Source of the DNA: Sphaerodactylus townsendi
Taxonomy: Eukaryota
NCBI RefSeq assembly: GCF_021028975.2
Contig: NC_059426.1
Span: 66,154,001 to 66,218,000, forward strand
Reading direction: 5' to 3'
DNA length: 64,000 nucleotides
The translations under genes and the position numbers were made by a program. Shown piece by piece: positions 1-11,200 of the stretch. How positions within the stretch are numbered: position 1 is the stretch's first letter; the number at the start of each line of letters is the position of its first letter. Below the pieces are notes generated by a model, which worked only from the letters and a program-made list of their open reading frames with translations, did no database searches and was not told the origin of the DNA.

Positions 1-205
1 CCTGACCTCCAACAGATATATCAGTACCAGCCTGCAATTTCTGTTCCTACCCTGCATAGGAGACCTTTTGTAGTACACTAAAGGCTGTCCTGTGGTATGC
101 TATCAACACTACAGAACACAGCCCACTCATGGATTTTAAGAGATGGCAGCCACAATGCACGTCTATTCTGATATGGTTAGGTTGTCCAACCTTAGCACAA
201 TATAC

Positions 206-494
206 CTGTAGTGTTTCCAGGATTGCTCAGAGACATGCTGCTTGCTGCGGCTTCTACAAGTATCTCAACGTCGCCGGTTTCTGTTTCTACCACAGAAGCC
301 TCTGTTAAAAGTAATCTCTGTCCCATGGCTAGATTTTCACTGGAGATGCCATGGCTGTCTTCATTTCTTGAATCTGATGGTCCGGATAGGAGCAGCTCCT
401 GGCAAAGAGTATTCATCTTATCTCTTCCCACAGGCACTCTGGTCACTACTCTTGTGTTCATTGTCTTCCACTCCTCAGTGTGGTCTTCCATCAT
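206..494 (-). CDS. ZNF142: Zinc finger protein 142, first coding exon (gene continues left of the window)
   Basis: MNTLCQELLL...LLLTEASVVETETGDVEILVEAAAS...PGNTT resembles the human ZNF142 N-terminus (MDGLCPELLL...LLVEATATEE..NMEIIVETVAG..PGET). Acceptor tttcttctgtccag ends at 557; donor ag|gtata at 205. Head-to-head with BCS1L as in human. Start could be 494, 491 or the downstream MNTLC Met. Confidence 0.8.
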
Positions 495-1860
495 GACACA
501 AAGGGATGGAACAGCTCCTATTAAAGATACACCAAGAAAATGGTACTGATACTCCCCTGGACAGAAGAAAGCAAGGACTATGGCTAGCAGAAGCCAGAAA
601 GGATTGGATTGGCAATATTAAACATTAGCTGCTCATCATAATATTATATATTAAAAAGTTAGTATATATAACAGTGAAACAGCCTAAAATCCAATTCAAC
701 TCCAAAATTTCCTCTACTAGAATATCTTATGATTGAAGAACTATGACCTTTGACAGGTTAAAATAAAGCAACAATGGGCTGACAAAAACAGAATTTAGAA
801 GATGAGATTATGAAAGTGTCTCCGGAAAAACAGATAAGCTGAAAGCTTCCTTTTAAATTACCTTAAAATTAGGGACTGGATACAATGCCACATTAGCAAA
901 TATTCTGGCTGGAACTCAACCTAACAACACTGCCCATCTGAACTCAACGAGCAATCAAATATGTCTGCCCATACAGGTGGCTCCTTTCTCATATATATAC
1001 ATCACAGTGCTAAAGTAGTATATACGAGTGTTAGACAAAGATCTAAATCTGTATATATGTTATTCAAAAAAACTAAAGGAGAGCTAAAAATGAAGGATGC
1101 ATCCAGTAACTCTAAAATAGAGAGAATTGGTACATTAACAGTTGGATCAGCACAAGTTCTGAAATATGTATGAGATTATGGACATTCATCCCAATTGGGG
1201 AACAGAGGGGTTTATCCCCTTGCAGAAAATCCATTAAAGATAATAGCAAACTTGGTGATGTAAAGGAGATATTCTGGTTAAAACATGTAGACTGATAGAA
1301 ACATGGAGCTGAAGATGTCAGAATTATACATAGACCCAGGGAAAAAACTTATTGAACTTAGGTTATTGAATGATTAATACCGTTAGATCCTACCATAGTA
1401 GAATTGGGAAGCCTTGCCTGGCAGTCCTAAATTCTACTGCCTAGTTCTAGTCACAGTCATCTATCCGATCTCTGAACTCAGCCTAAGTGTCATCAGTAAT
1501 CGCCATTCCTGACTTCTCCTTGTGCAAGAGATTCTAATCTATTCTATTTGTCCTTACGGCGGTTTTGCATTATTCTCCTTTCTCATATATATACGTTATA
1601 ATGCTAATGAAGTCCTGAGTTTGGATCAGCCGGATAGCTTTCTCTCCAAAACTTATTTCAGTCTTCAAAACTTGGGGATGAAATATTTTGGAATTGGCCT
1701 AGCCAATATCATACACTACTCATTCCATACAAGTCAAGTTTACTGGGCCTGATTCAGAAACTCAGTTGCACTGTGGATGAGACACTAATTTCCAGAGTTG
1801 GAATCACGTCAGTCTGCATAGGAAAACAAATCTGAATTATCTATCCAAAAATTAAGATCT

Positions 1861-2046
1861 GCCCTGACCTGGATAGCGTCAGGCTACCCTGACCTCAGAA
1901 GCTAAGTAGGGTTGGTCCTGGCTAGTACCTCCAAGGAATATCAAGATCATGATGTGGAGGCAGGCAATGGCAAACCACCTCTGAATGTCTCAAGCTTTGA
2001 AAACTCCATTAAGTTACTATAAGTCAGCTGTAACTTGAGGGCAAAA
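1861..2046 (+). mobile_element. 5S rRNA-derived SINE with RTE-like tail
   Basis: gaagctaagtagggttggtcctggctagtac resembles the 5S rRNA internal promoter region, followed by ggcaatggcaaaccac...ataagtcagctgtaacttga. Related copies at 12655, 42895 and 60895. Confidence 0.6.
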
Positions 2047-3099
2047 CAAAACCAAACTTTGGAAAGTTTTAGATCCACGCAAATTTGTTGTGAATGGAAG
2101 GAATTTCCACCTTGAAACATGACTTCTTACCTCACCCCTCTCTCAGTAGCCCAAAATGTCCATCAAGATGTGGCTTTGGGGAAGGACAGGGGACCTTGCA
2201 GGAACAGCATGAGGAAGGAGTCAGAAACCTGCAGCTGGGAAGGGAGAGGGACATCAGCAAAATTCATTCCATCATTCACCTAGAGAAATCTGCCATAGAA
2301 TATGACACATAGAATGCCCACAGAACTGGCTCCAGGCACACAGTTATAATCATATTATTTGCATCTGCAAAATCTAATCATATCCATGGCTGCTAGAGAA
2401 ACGTTTTCATGCCAAATTAATATCATTTACTGAATACTAACATTAATAGTCATTATCCTTACTATATCTTGGAGAAATTAAGGATACTACTAAATACCCT
2501 CCATTTTCGGTAAAGACATTTCATTGAACATTCTTCTCTGTAAAATTCCATTTCACTTTCTGGACAAGGAGTCCGCCATACTCCTTCTCATATATACTCT
2601 TATAAAGAGCTGCTGGCAGATGGTCCCAGGCTCTAAATGGCCAGAGGTGAGCCATTAACCAATTATTTCAGAAGTGCAACATAATAGAAATGAGAACTAC
2701 CAGCCTAAAGAAAAGATACCTAAACCCTGCACCTTTTTGAGCTATGATCCCGACCCTTCACTCCAAACCCTCCTACACACAGCCTCACATGCATTTCCAT
2801 AAAGGATCCCTGATGGTCGAATTATTGGTTTTGTTGGTTTTAGTTTGTGGATCCACGTTGCTGTAAACAACCCCGGTCTGAGAACAGCCGACGTTTCAAG
2901 TCAGTCCAGCACAGGCTCCCACACAAAGTCACCGCCTCTATTGGAGACGCTCCCCCTCACCTCCTTCCCCCTTCTGCCCTTTCTCCTCTGACTGTCTACC
3001 TTCTTCTTCCAAGGTGGAGCCTCACTGCATCTCTTCCCCTCCCCAGCAAAGGGTGCTCTACACTCCCACATTAAAAGACACCCACCCCACCCCTACTTA

Positions 3100-3800
3100 C
3101 AGACTCTTACTCCTCGCTGTGCGCATCATCTCGATGATCCCCCTCCGCCAGCACCGATGGGAAGAAACTATTACTCTCCTCGCTCCCTCTTTGCACCGCT
3201 AAATATCTCTCTTTCTCTCTCTCAGGTCAGCTCTATATTTTCAGACAGGGTTTGGCACAGCCTCCGGTTGCACTCGCAAATGCGGGCCTTCTTGGAGATT
3301 CCACCAGTGTCTTCTAATGTAAAGAATACAGGAGTTTCACGATAGAGATGTACACGCCCAGAGCGGCCCGACATTGCGTCCGTGAAGACTCATTACCCAG
3401 TGCGGCGTTAGATTATTTTTTTACCGGAAGTTTGGCCTGTGTGTCACTCTGGTCTTTTTCGATTTCTGTGGGTTCCTCAGGAACATCGGAGTCCAGAAAC
3501 GAAGGCAACACCATAGAGAAGGACTAAACCAGAGTCTTTGTGTCGTCGCTAAGGGAAGCGATCGCCTCACCGCCCAAGAGCCAGAGAGCCACATTCAGGG
3601 GGAAATAGGACAATAGGAACTATAGAATACAGAGAAGCTTGTTCCGGCTAGGTCAGGAACCATAGAGAAAAGAAAGGAGCGAGGGGCGCTACCGGAAGGC
3701 AAGGCGGCAACTCCATTGTATGTATGGATGGAGAGAGTGGGGGTTTATCATTGGTAAGAGTGAGCGTGGTCGTTCGTTGTCCCATGAGAGCGGGAAGATA
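3100..3800. promoter_or_regulatory. CpG-enriched bidirectional promoter of ZNF142/BCS1L with candidate non-coding first exons
   Basis: Local CpG enrichment. ETS/GABP-type ACCGGAAG at ~3423 and ~3691. Candidate donors: minus-strand ct|gtaagt at 3100 (ZNF142) and plus-strand tg|gtaaga at 3754 (BCS1L). Confidence 0.65.
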
Positions 3801-3957
3801 AAGGAGAAATTCCTCATAATCAGTGGGTGAGGACACCGGTTCCATAGAGCAGGCTTTGGGCATGCCCTGAGTCCCGGGTTCAATTACAGAAAATATGGTG
3901 CTTCATGGACCAGTGGTCTGGTTCCGTGCAAGGTAGTTTCATCTATTCCTTTTGAGG

Positions 3958-4090
3958 GATGGCACGTGACTCGGTGGTAGCGCACATGTTTTACATGCAG
4001 AAGGTTTCAGGATCAATCCCTGGCCCTTCAGGTTGCAGGCGCTGGGAAGCACCTTACTCTGTGAGGTTTTACAGATGTTGTCAGTCGGAA
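3958..4090 (+). mobile_element. Degenerate tRNA-derived SINE head (tRNA-Ala-like)
   Basis: gtgactcggtggtagcgcacatgttttacatgcagaaggtttcaggatcaatccctggc has A-box and B-box remnants but broken stems. Confidence 0.55.
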
Positions 4091-4174
4091 TTATTTTTTT
4101 GTTTAATTATATTATACCCATCCTTTCTTATCAGTGGGGGCCCAAAGCAGTTTACATTGGGACCTCAGCATGGT

Positions 4175-4298
4175 GTACAGTACCATAGCGTTCACCTTCC
4201 AAAGCAGCCATTTTCTCCAGAGGCACTGATCTCTTGTACGGAGACCAGTGGTAATTCTGGGAGATCTCCAGCCACCACCTGGAGGTTGGCAACCCTAA
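4175..4298. repeat. Interspersed repeat fragment (probable DNA-transposon end); related copy at ~44380-44510
   Basis: aagcagccattttctcc...cacctggaggttggcaacccta is shared with 44380-44510. Confidence 0.5.
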
Positions 4299-4770
4299 TA
4301 AGAATAGACAATAGCTGGACCAGTCAGTTTTTAATGTTCATCAGTGCTATATAAGAAATCAGCAAAAGGATCACACAGGCCTGTTTTTGAGCTGAGAGGT
4401 TTCACTCCCCTGCTCTATAGTTTTGGAAGTCTACATGAGGGCTCTTGTCACTGACTGAAGGGGACAGATGGATATGTCTATGGAAGGAGTTGCACAGTTC
4501 TAGTACTATGACAAGGCCTCTCTGGTTGCCATCTGTCTGACATGAGAAGGTGGGGATACCCAAAGTAAGACCCCACAGTATGATCACAGCAGTTGGGTAG
4601 GTACACATTGGAAGGGGGGGGGGCGTCCTTAAAATATGCTGGTCTCAAACATTAAAGGTCAGCACCAGCATCTTGAATTGGGCCTGGAAACAAATTGGGA
4701 ACCAGTATAGATGGATGAAAACTGGAGTGAAATGGTACCTCCAAGCAGAGCCATTCAGTAACACAAGGAG

Positions 4771-4999
4771 AAAAAGAGGAAAAAGAGTTTGGATTTATAC
4801 CCTGCCTTTCTGTCCTGCAAGAAGTCTCAAAGTGCCTTACAAACTCCTTCCCTTCCTTTCCCCGCAACAGACACCTTGCGAGGTAGGTGGGGCTGAAAGA
4901 GTTCTGAAAGAACTGACTAGCCCAGCAGTCTTCATGTGTAGAAGTGGGGAAACAGCTCTTCAGATTAGAATTCACTGCTCTTAACCACTACACTGGCTC
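4771..4999 (-). mobile_element. MIR-like tRNA-derived SINE
   Basis: Reverse complement matches the copy at 30800-31068 (gtgtagtggttaagagca...ctctcagccccacctacct...ataaatccaaactctt). Confidence 0.65.
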
Positions 5000-5307
5000 A
5001 TCATAAATCACAGAAATTAAAATATTCTGCATCTATGTAACATAATTTTGCTACTATTTCACAATTATACTGTTTAAATAGTATGGTCAAAACCTAGAAG
5101 TGCCCTGATCTTCACTCAAATGGCAAGCTCTTGCTAGGCTAAAAGAACTATACTACAACATGTGTGCATGTCTAAAAGGGGTTTGAGATTTGCTTTTCAA
5201 ACCCCAACTTTTTAAAACTGAAGGGTCTGGTATAAAATGGTGGCTTCCCATCTGATATCAGCTGCTACGGGTATATTGCCCAAACTGGAACAATTACTAT
5301 GGCTGCC

Positions 5308-5990
5308 TATATTAGGATGGGTGACTCCTGGCTTGACAACACTACATGTGAAAGGGATCTGGGAGTCTTAGTAGACCATAAAGTAAACATGAGTCAGCAG
5401 TGTGATACAGTGGCCAAGAAAGCCAATGCGATTTTGGGCTGTATCAATAGGAGTATAGTGTCAAGATTGAGAGATGTAATTGTACCTCTCTATTCTGCAT
5501 TGGTTACACCTCACCTGGAATATTGTGTCCGGTTCTGGACACCACAATTCAAGAAGGATATTGTCAAGCTGGAACAGGTCCAGAGGAGAGCAGCCAAAAT
5601 GGTAAAAGGTCTGGAGTCCATGACCTACAAAGAAGGACTTAGGGAGCTGAGGATGTTTAGTCTGGAGTAGTGAAGGTTAAGGGGGGACATGATAACTATG
5701 TTTAAATATTTGAAGGGTTGCCATGTCAAAGAGGGAGCAAGCTTGTTTTCTGCTGCCCTAGAGACTAGGACACAGAGGATTCAAGGTGCAGGAAAAGAGA
5801 TTCCACCTAAACATCAGGGCTGTTCGATAAGGGAATTCACTGCCTCGGAGAGTTGTGGAGTCTCCTTCTTTTGAGGTTTTTAAACAGAGGTTGAATGAAC
5901 ATAGGTTGGGAGTGCTTTGATTGTGTATTCCTGCATTGCAGGGGATTGGACTTGATGACCCTTGGGGTCTCTTCCAACTCTATGATTCAT
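5308..5990 (+). mobile_element. CR1 LINE 3' fragment
   Basis: ORF ERDLGVLVDHKVNMSQQC...PLYSALVTPHLEYCVRFW...LEQVQRRA is the CR1 ORF2 C-terminus. It has stops and ends in ccaactctatgattc. Confidence 0.9.
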
Positions 5991-5994
5991 TATT

Positions 5995-6410
5995 TACAAA
6001 ATGTGCGTTGTGCTTTTTTGCCCCCACAGGGGCCACCAAGGCAGCTAACAAATTAAAACATGTAATAAAACCACATTTTAAAAGTACCCCTCCCCAAAAT
6101 ACATAATTAAAACAATTCAAATCAAAGCTAAAATACCAACAGCAGCATAAAACCAACACACTGTCAAGAAGGAGGGATCCCTGAGGGAATGTCAAACAAA
6201 ACAAAAAAGTCTTCACCTGCTGGCAGAAGATGGCAGCAAAAGCAGACACGCTAATCTCCCTGGGGAAAGAGTTTCAGAGGTTTGGTGCCACAACTGAGAA
6301 GGCCCTACCCCAAATTGTCACCTGCCTAATCTCAGAAGATGGGAGTACCCAAAGCAGGGGCCCTGAAGATGACCTTAGGGATCAAATGGGTTCATAAGGT
6401 AGTGGGGTAC
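5995..6410 (-). mobile_element. L2 LINE 3' fragment
   Basis: Minus strand reads RAFSVVAPNL*NSFPREISVSAFAAIFCQQVKTFLF, matching the L2 ORF2 end motif RAFSxxAPxLWNxLP...LKTxLF. Confidence 0.7.
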
Positions 6411-7929
6411 ATCAGACACATGTTTCCAGACTCAATACAAAATGCTGCTTGTATAGCTTGGGGCAGACATATCTAGAGGACCACCAGTTCTTTGCATGAG
6501 CTTGCATGCTGTATTAGGTCTGTCCTGTGTGTCCTTTTGACTGGTCTCTCCTGTTGTGTTGTTTGTGTGGCCTTCAGTAGATATCAGACCTTTACCATTT
6601 CTGCTCCAGTCTCGTCTGCCTGCTTATTTGTTGCCTTTCAGAAGGGTGTGCAAAACTGTTCTTTTTCAAATACTTTTGTTTAAAATTATTCCTGCAAATG
6701 TAGTGAAATTCTGAGAATGTACATTGGAGGGCTGTTAATGTTTTAATATGTTCACCCAAAATGTGTGTGTGTGTTTTTTTTCTGACACTGAATATAGTTG
6801 TAACTTGTATGTGAATTTAAGACAAACCCTCTTTTTCTTGATACCACACATGGCTTGGGGGGGGGGGGGGCAGGGAAGCTAGTCTTCCTTTCTAGTAATA
6901 TGGACTATTGTTAATTAATTTGTTTTATTGTTTCATGGGAGCTATATGGGAAAAGACAGGATATAATTTTTTAAGAATAAATGAGATCGTTCTTTGATCC
7001 CATCCATGAATAGAGAAGACAGGAAATCTGGAGGCGGGTCAAGGGCTGACTTTGGAATGATGTTTTCACATGTTTGCAACCATGCCAGTACAGTATTGGG
7101 ATCTATCATTACAGTTTTGCTTATGACATGTGATGGGACTTTGAGCCTTTGCCAAAGAATAATAATATCAGTTCACAGGTGTGGATATTTCTTAATATGA
7201 ACTAATAGTTAGGAGTTAATGCGATACCTGTTAAAATGACCCCTCAGCTAAGGGAAACTAGGCCACTGTGTGTGTGAAGAGGCAGTACATGAGAATTATG
7301 AGTTGGCTGAAAGTGAGTCACCTTGGGCTCTCTCTATAGTGATCTGCTGCCCTTTGTCTCTGCTTGGAATTTACTTTTTTACTTGCAAATAAATCAAATA
7401 TTACAAAAGTCACCTAAAGTCTCCAATGAACTGTCACCCCATGGGCGTTTTGCTTCTCTGAAATCTGTCACAGCTCAGAGAAGAGAGGGGGAGCAGGCAA
7501 CAATAAATGGCAGAGATGAGAAAAGATCTTCCCATGCTTGGAAAAAACCCAACTAATGGTATATGCTTGCTTACTTAGGAGATAGCCCTTGTGTATTTAA
7601 CGGGAGTTAATCCCAGTAGCAGCAGGAGTAAATGGCTTCAGTGCCACGGCTAACCTTTCGTTTCCATAGTTACTCGTACTCTCACTTTCCAGTGGGGGTT
7701 GGTGTTTCAGTGTCCTGTCTTGTTTAATGGAAGTGAGTGTGGGAGACAAAAAAAAGTTGGCTTATTTACCTCCTCTGTATTTCAGCAAGCATATAAGCCA
7801 GCCGTTAGTTACCCATGGACCTTCAAATCTGTTTGCTTTCTTATGCAGGCCTTGTTAAGATATTTAGAAGAAATGCCACGGAGAACCATGCTTTAACATT
7901 GGAGTTCCTCTTTCTCGCCATCCATCGCA

Positions 7930-8249
7930 ATGCCTCTTTCTGACTTTGTTTTGACACTCAAGGACAATCCATACTTTGGTGCAGGCTTTGGGCTGGTGGG
8001 TGTAGGTACAGCACTGGCGCTGGCCCGCAAGGGGGCCCAGTTTGGCATGGTGGCTTTCAGGCGGCATTGCATGATCACTCTGGAGGTACCAAGCAAGGAC
8101 AAAAGCTACTATTGGTTACTGAGCTGGATCTCTCATCATGCCAAGCACACCCAGCATCTGAGCGTGGAGACCTCTTACCTGCAACATGAAAGTGGCCGTG
8201 TCAGCACCAAGTTTGACTTTATCCCCAGTCCAGGGAACCATTTCATTTG
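7930..8249 (+). CDS. BCS1L: BCS1L coding exon 1
   Basis: Acceptor ttatgcag ends at 7848, ATG at 7930, donor gtaaga at 8250. Confidence 0.96.
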
Positions 8250-11200
8250 GTAAGAGAAGTCTTTTGGAAGAGCCTGACCATTTCACAGCTGAATGAACTG
8301 AGTAGACAGAACACTATTTAAAATGTTTATATTCCATCTTTGTTCCTTTCAATCTTACGCTCATTCCGCACATGCAGAATAATGCACTTTCAAACTGCTT
8401 TCAGTGCTCTTTGAAGCTGTGCGGAATAGCAAAATCCACTTGCAAACAGTTGTGAAAGTGGTTTGAAAACACATTATTTTGCATGTGTGGAAGGGGCCTC
8501 AGCCTCTCAAGGTTGTCTGCAAAGTAATTTAAAGCAATGAAAATTATTAGCAAATATAGTTAAACGTAAGCAATTAAAGTTAGCAGCAGCAAAATTACCT
8601 CTCATGTGATAAACCCCTGGTAAACAATACTGCTTTTCTGTGGCACGACATAACCATAGAGTTTGCATCAGATGAATGGAAGCCAAAAAAGGAATGTCTC
8701 TGATGGGGTGCACTTCCGAGAAAGTCCTGTCACTAGTTGCAACTTACTTTACCTTGGAAGGCAGGAACAGCCTGTGCTGAGTTTTTTGCGAACATGCTTG
8801 AGAGCCAGTCTGTTGTACTTTTGAAGTAAGACTGGGCAATCCATTGTGCAGAGGAAGTTTCGATGACATTTATGTCTCTCTCCTAATTTCTGCAGTTCTG
8901 TAATGTTAACTGATGTACATAAGAACATAAGAACAAGCCAGCTGGATCAGACCAGAGTCCATCTAGTCCAGTTCTCTGCTACTCGCAGTGGCCCACCAGG
9001 TGCCATTGGGAGCTCACATGCAGGATGTAAAAGCAATGGCCTTCTGTGGCTGTTGCTCCCGATCACCTGGTCTATTAAGGCATTTGCAATCTCAGATCAA
9101 AGAGGATCAAGATTGGTAGCCATAAATTGACTTCTCCATAAATCTGTCCAAGCCCCTTTTAAAGCTATCCAGGTTAGTGGCCATCACCACCTCCTGTGAC
9201 AGCATATTCCAAACACCAATCACACGTTGCGTGAAGAAGTGTTTCCTTTTATTAGTCCTAATTCTTCCCCCCGGCATTTTCAATGAATGTCCCCTGGTTC
9301 TAGTATTGTGAGAAAGAGAGAAAAATTTCTCTCTGTCAACATTTTCTACCCCATGCATAATTTTATAGACTTCAATCATATCCCCCCTCAGCTGTCTCCA
9401 AACTAAAGAGTCCCAAACGCTGCAGCCTCTCCTCATAGGGAAGGTGCTCCAGTCCCTCAATCATCCTTGTTGCCCTTCTCTGCACTTTTTCTATCTCCTC
9501 AATATCCTTTTTGAGATGCAGCGACCAGAACTGAACACAGTACTCCAAGTGCAGTCGCACCACTGCTTTATATAAGGGCATGACAATCTTTGCAGTTTTA
9601 TTATCAATTCCTTTCCTAATGATCCCCAGCATAGAGTTTGTCTTTTTCACAGCTGCCATGCATTGAGTTGACATTCCCATGGAACTATCAACTAAGAGTT
9701 TTTGGATTTTTTCCCCCAAGCCCATGAACTTGAAACTGCTGGGGATCTTTAGTTCTAACTAAGGGGGTGAAGAATTTGGAAAGTAACTCACACACAATCT
9801 TGATGTCTTTAAGTATTTTCTGTTTTACTGAGATACACAGAATAAGGGAGCTTCAGTGGACTTAAAAGGGTATGACTGTTTAGGATTATACTCTCATAAT
9901 ATAACTATGGTTAATAATGTGCTAATGCTTCATCCCACCATAATGCTAGGAATTTCCAACCAACAAAATGAGCTGGCCAGTTCTCACTTGCTTGGTGCAG
10001 CCAGTTTGGAAGTTTCCTAATGATACTCTTGGACCTTTTCAGCAGAAGAGGAAGAGAATCAAAGAATAGAATTGTCAGATAGAAATTTTAAAAAAAACAG
10101 TAGGTATGGTGTAGAGTGTGATCCAACTTTTATACCCTTTTGAGCTATGACTTCCCCAAAATTGTCATCGGTATTCAGTGTCCAATCGAGAGGGGAGGGC
10201 AACCTTCTTATTGGAGTTGATTGATGAAATCTTCCTGACTAGGTTTTGACCTAATTGGATATATGTTCCAATTATTGGCTCACCCCCCAGTATTCTGCTA
10301 ACACTTCACCACATTGCTAATTCACTCCTGCAGTGTCACCTAGATTTGTTTACTGTTCAAACTATCCAGTTGGCAACTTTCTACAAATAAAAAAGCACCT
10401 TTCACATCACCATGACCTGTGTGGAAAGGCATCACCTGAAGAGTCCCAGCAAAGGCAAAAGAGTCATGGGCTTTATGCGTAGCTGAAAAGTGTGCTATCA
10501 GAGGTATGCTACAGAATGCAAAAGTGATTCAGAATGAGTAATGCTGTTCCTTAATGGTTCTGTAGCTTCTCTTGTATGTTTGTCCAGACATTAGGTACTA
10601 GTGGTTTTGAAGGGGGAAGGAAAACAAATTGGAGCCTGGGGCATTGGTCTGGTCCAGTTTAGCTGCAACTGTTCTGCCAGACTGTATCTTTTTCATTGGA
10701 GTATTTCAAGTTCATAGTATTCATCCTTGAATTTGTACTATTGCCTGCCCTCCTTTGTGTCGATGTTGACAACGGTTACCTAAACAAGGGTAGTCCTTGC
10801 TTGGTTGTGGCCCCAGATTCTATGTACTGACGTGGAAGGGGTTTGTAAAAGAGGTGTAAGCTTTGTGGACTTGCACCTGAGACTGTCCCGTTGTCTCCCC
10901 TCTTCTTCCTGCTTAGCTTCTCTCTGTGTGTTTCCAGGTATCAAAAGAAGTGGATCCGCATAGAACGGAATCGGGAGAAACAAATGATTGACTTGCACAC
11001 AGGCACCCCATGGGAGTCTGTCACCTTTACAGCAGTAGGCCGCAACCGAAAGATTTTCTTCAGCATCCTGCAGGAAGGTACAACAGAACCTCATGGTTGT
11101 GTTGAAGCTCAAGGCAAGATCAGAAATGCAGCAGCCAGGGACACTTATCTAAATGGACAGATTCCCTTCACTGTCATTACCCCGGCCCCCTGCTGTTGTT

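Noticed and set aside
3958-4030. tRNA-Ala-like sequence
   Set aside because: Stems are broken and it runs into SINE body sequence; a SINE head, not a tRNA gene.
5299-5874. ORFs of 123 and 61 aa as a host gene
   Set aside because: Truncated CR1 ORF2.
8068-8148. BCS1L substitutions relative to human (e.g. Cys at 47, His at 73)
   Set aside because: The ORF and ATPase motifs are intact; without an alignment I cannot say these are unusual for reptiles.
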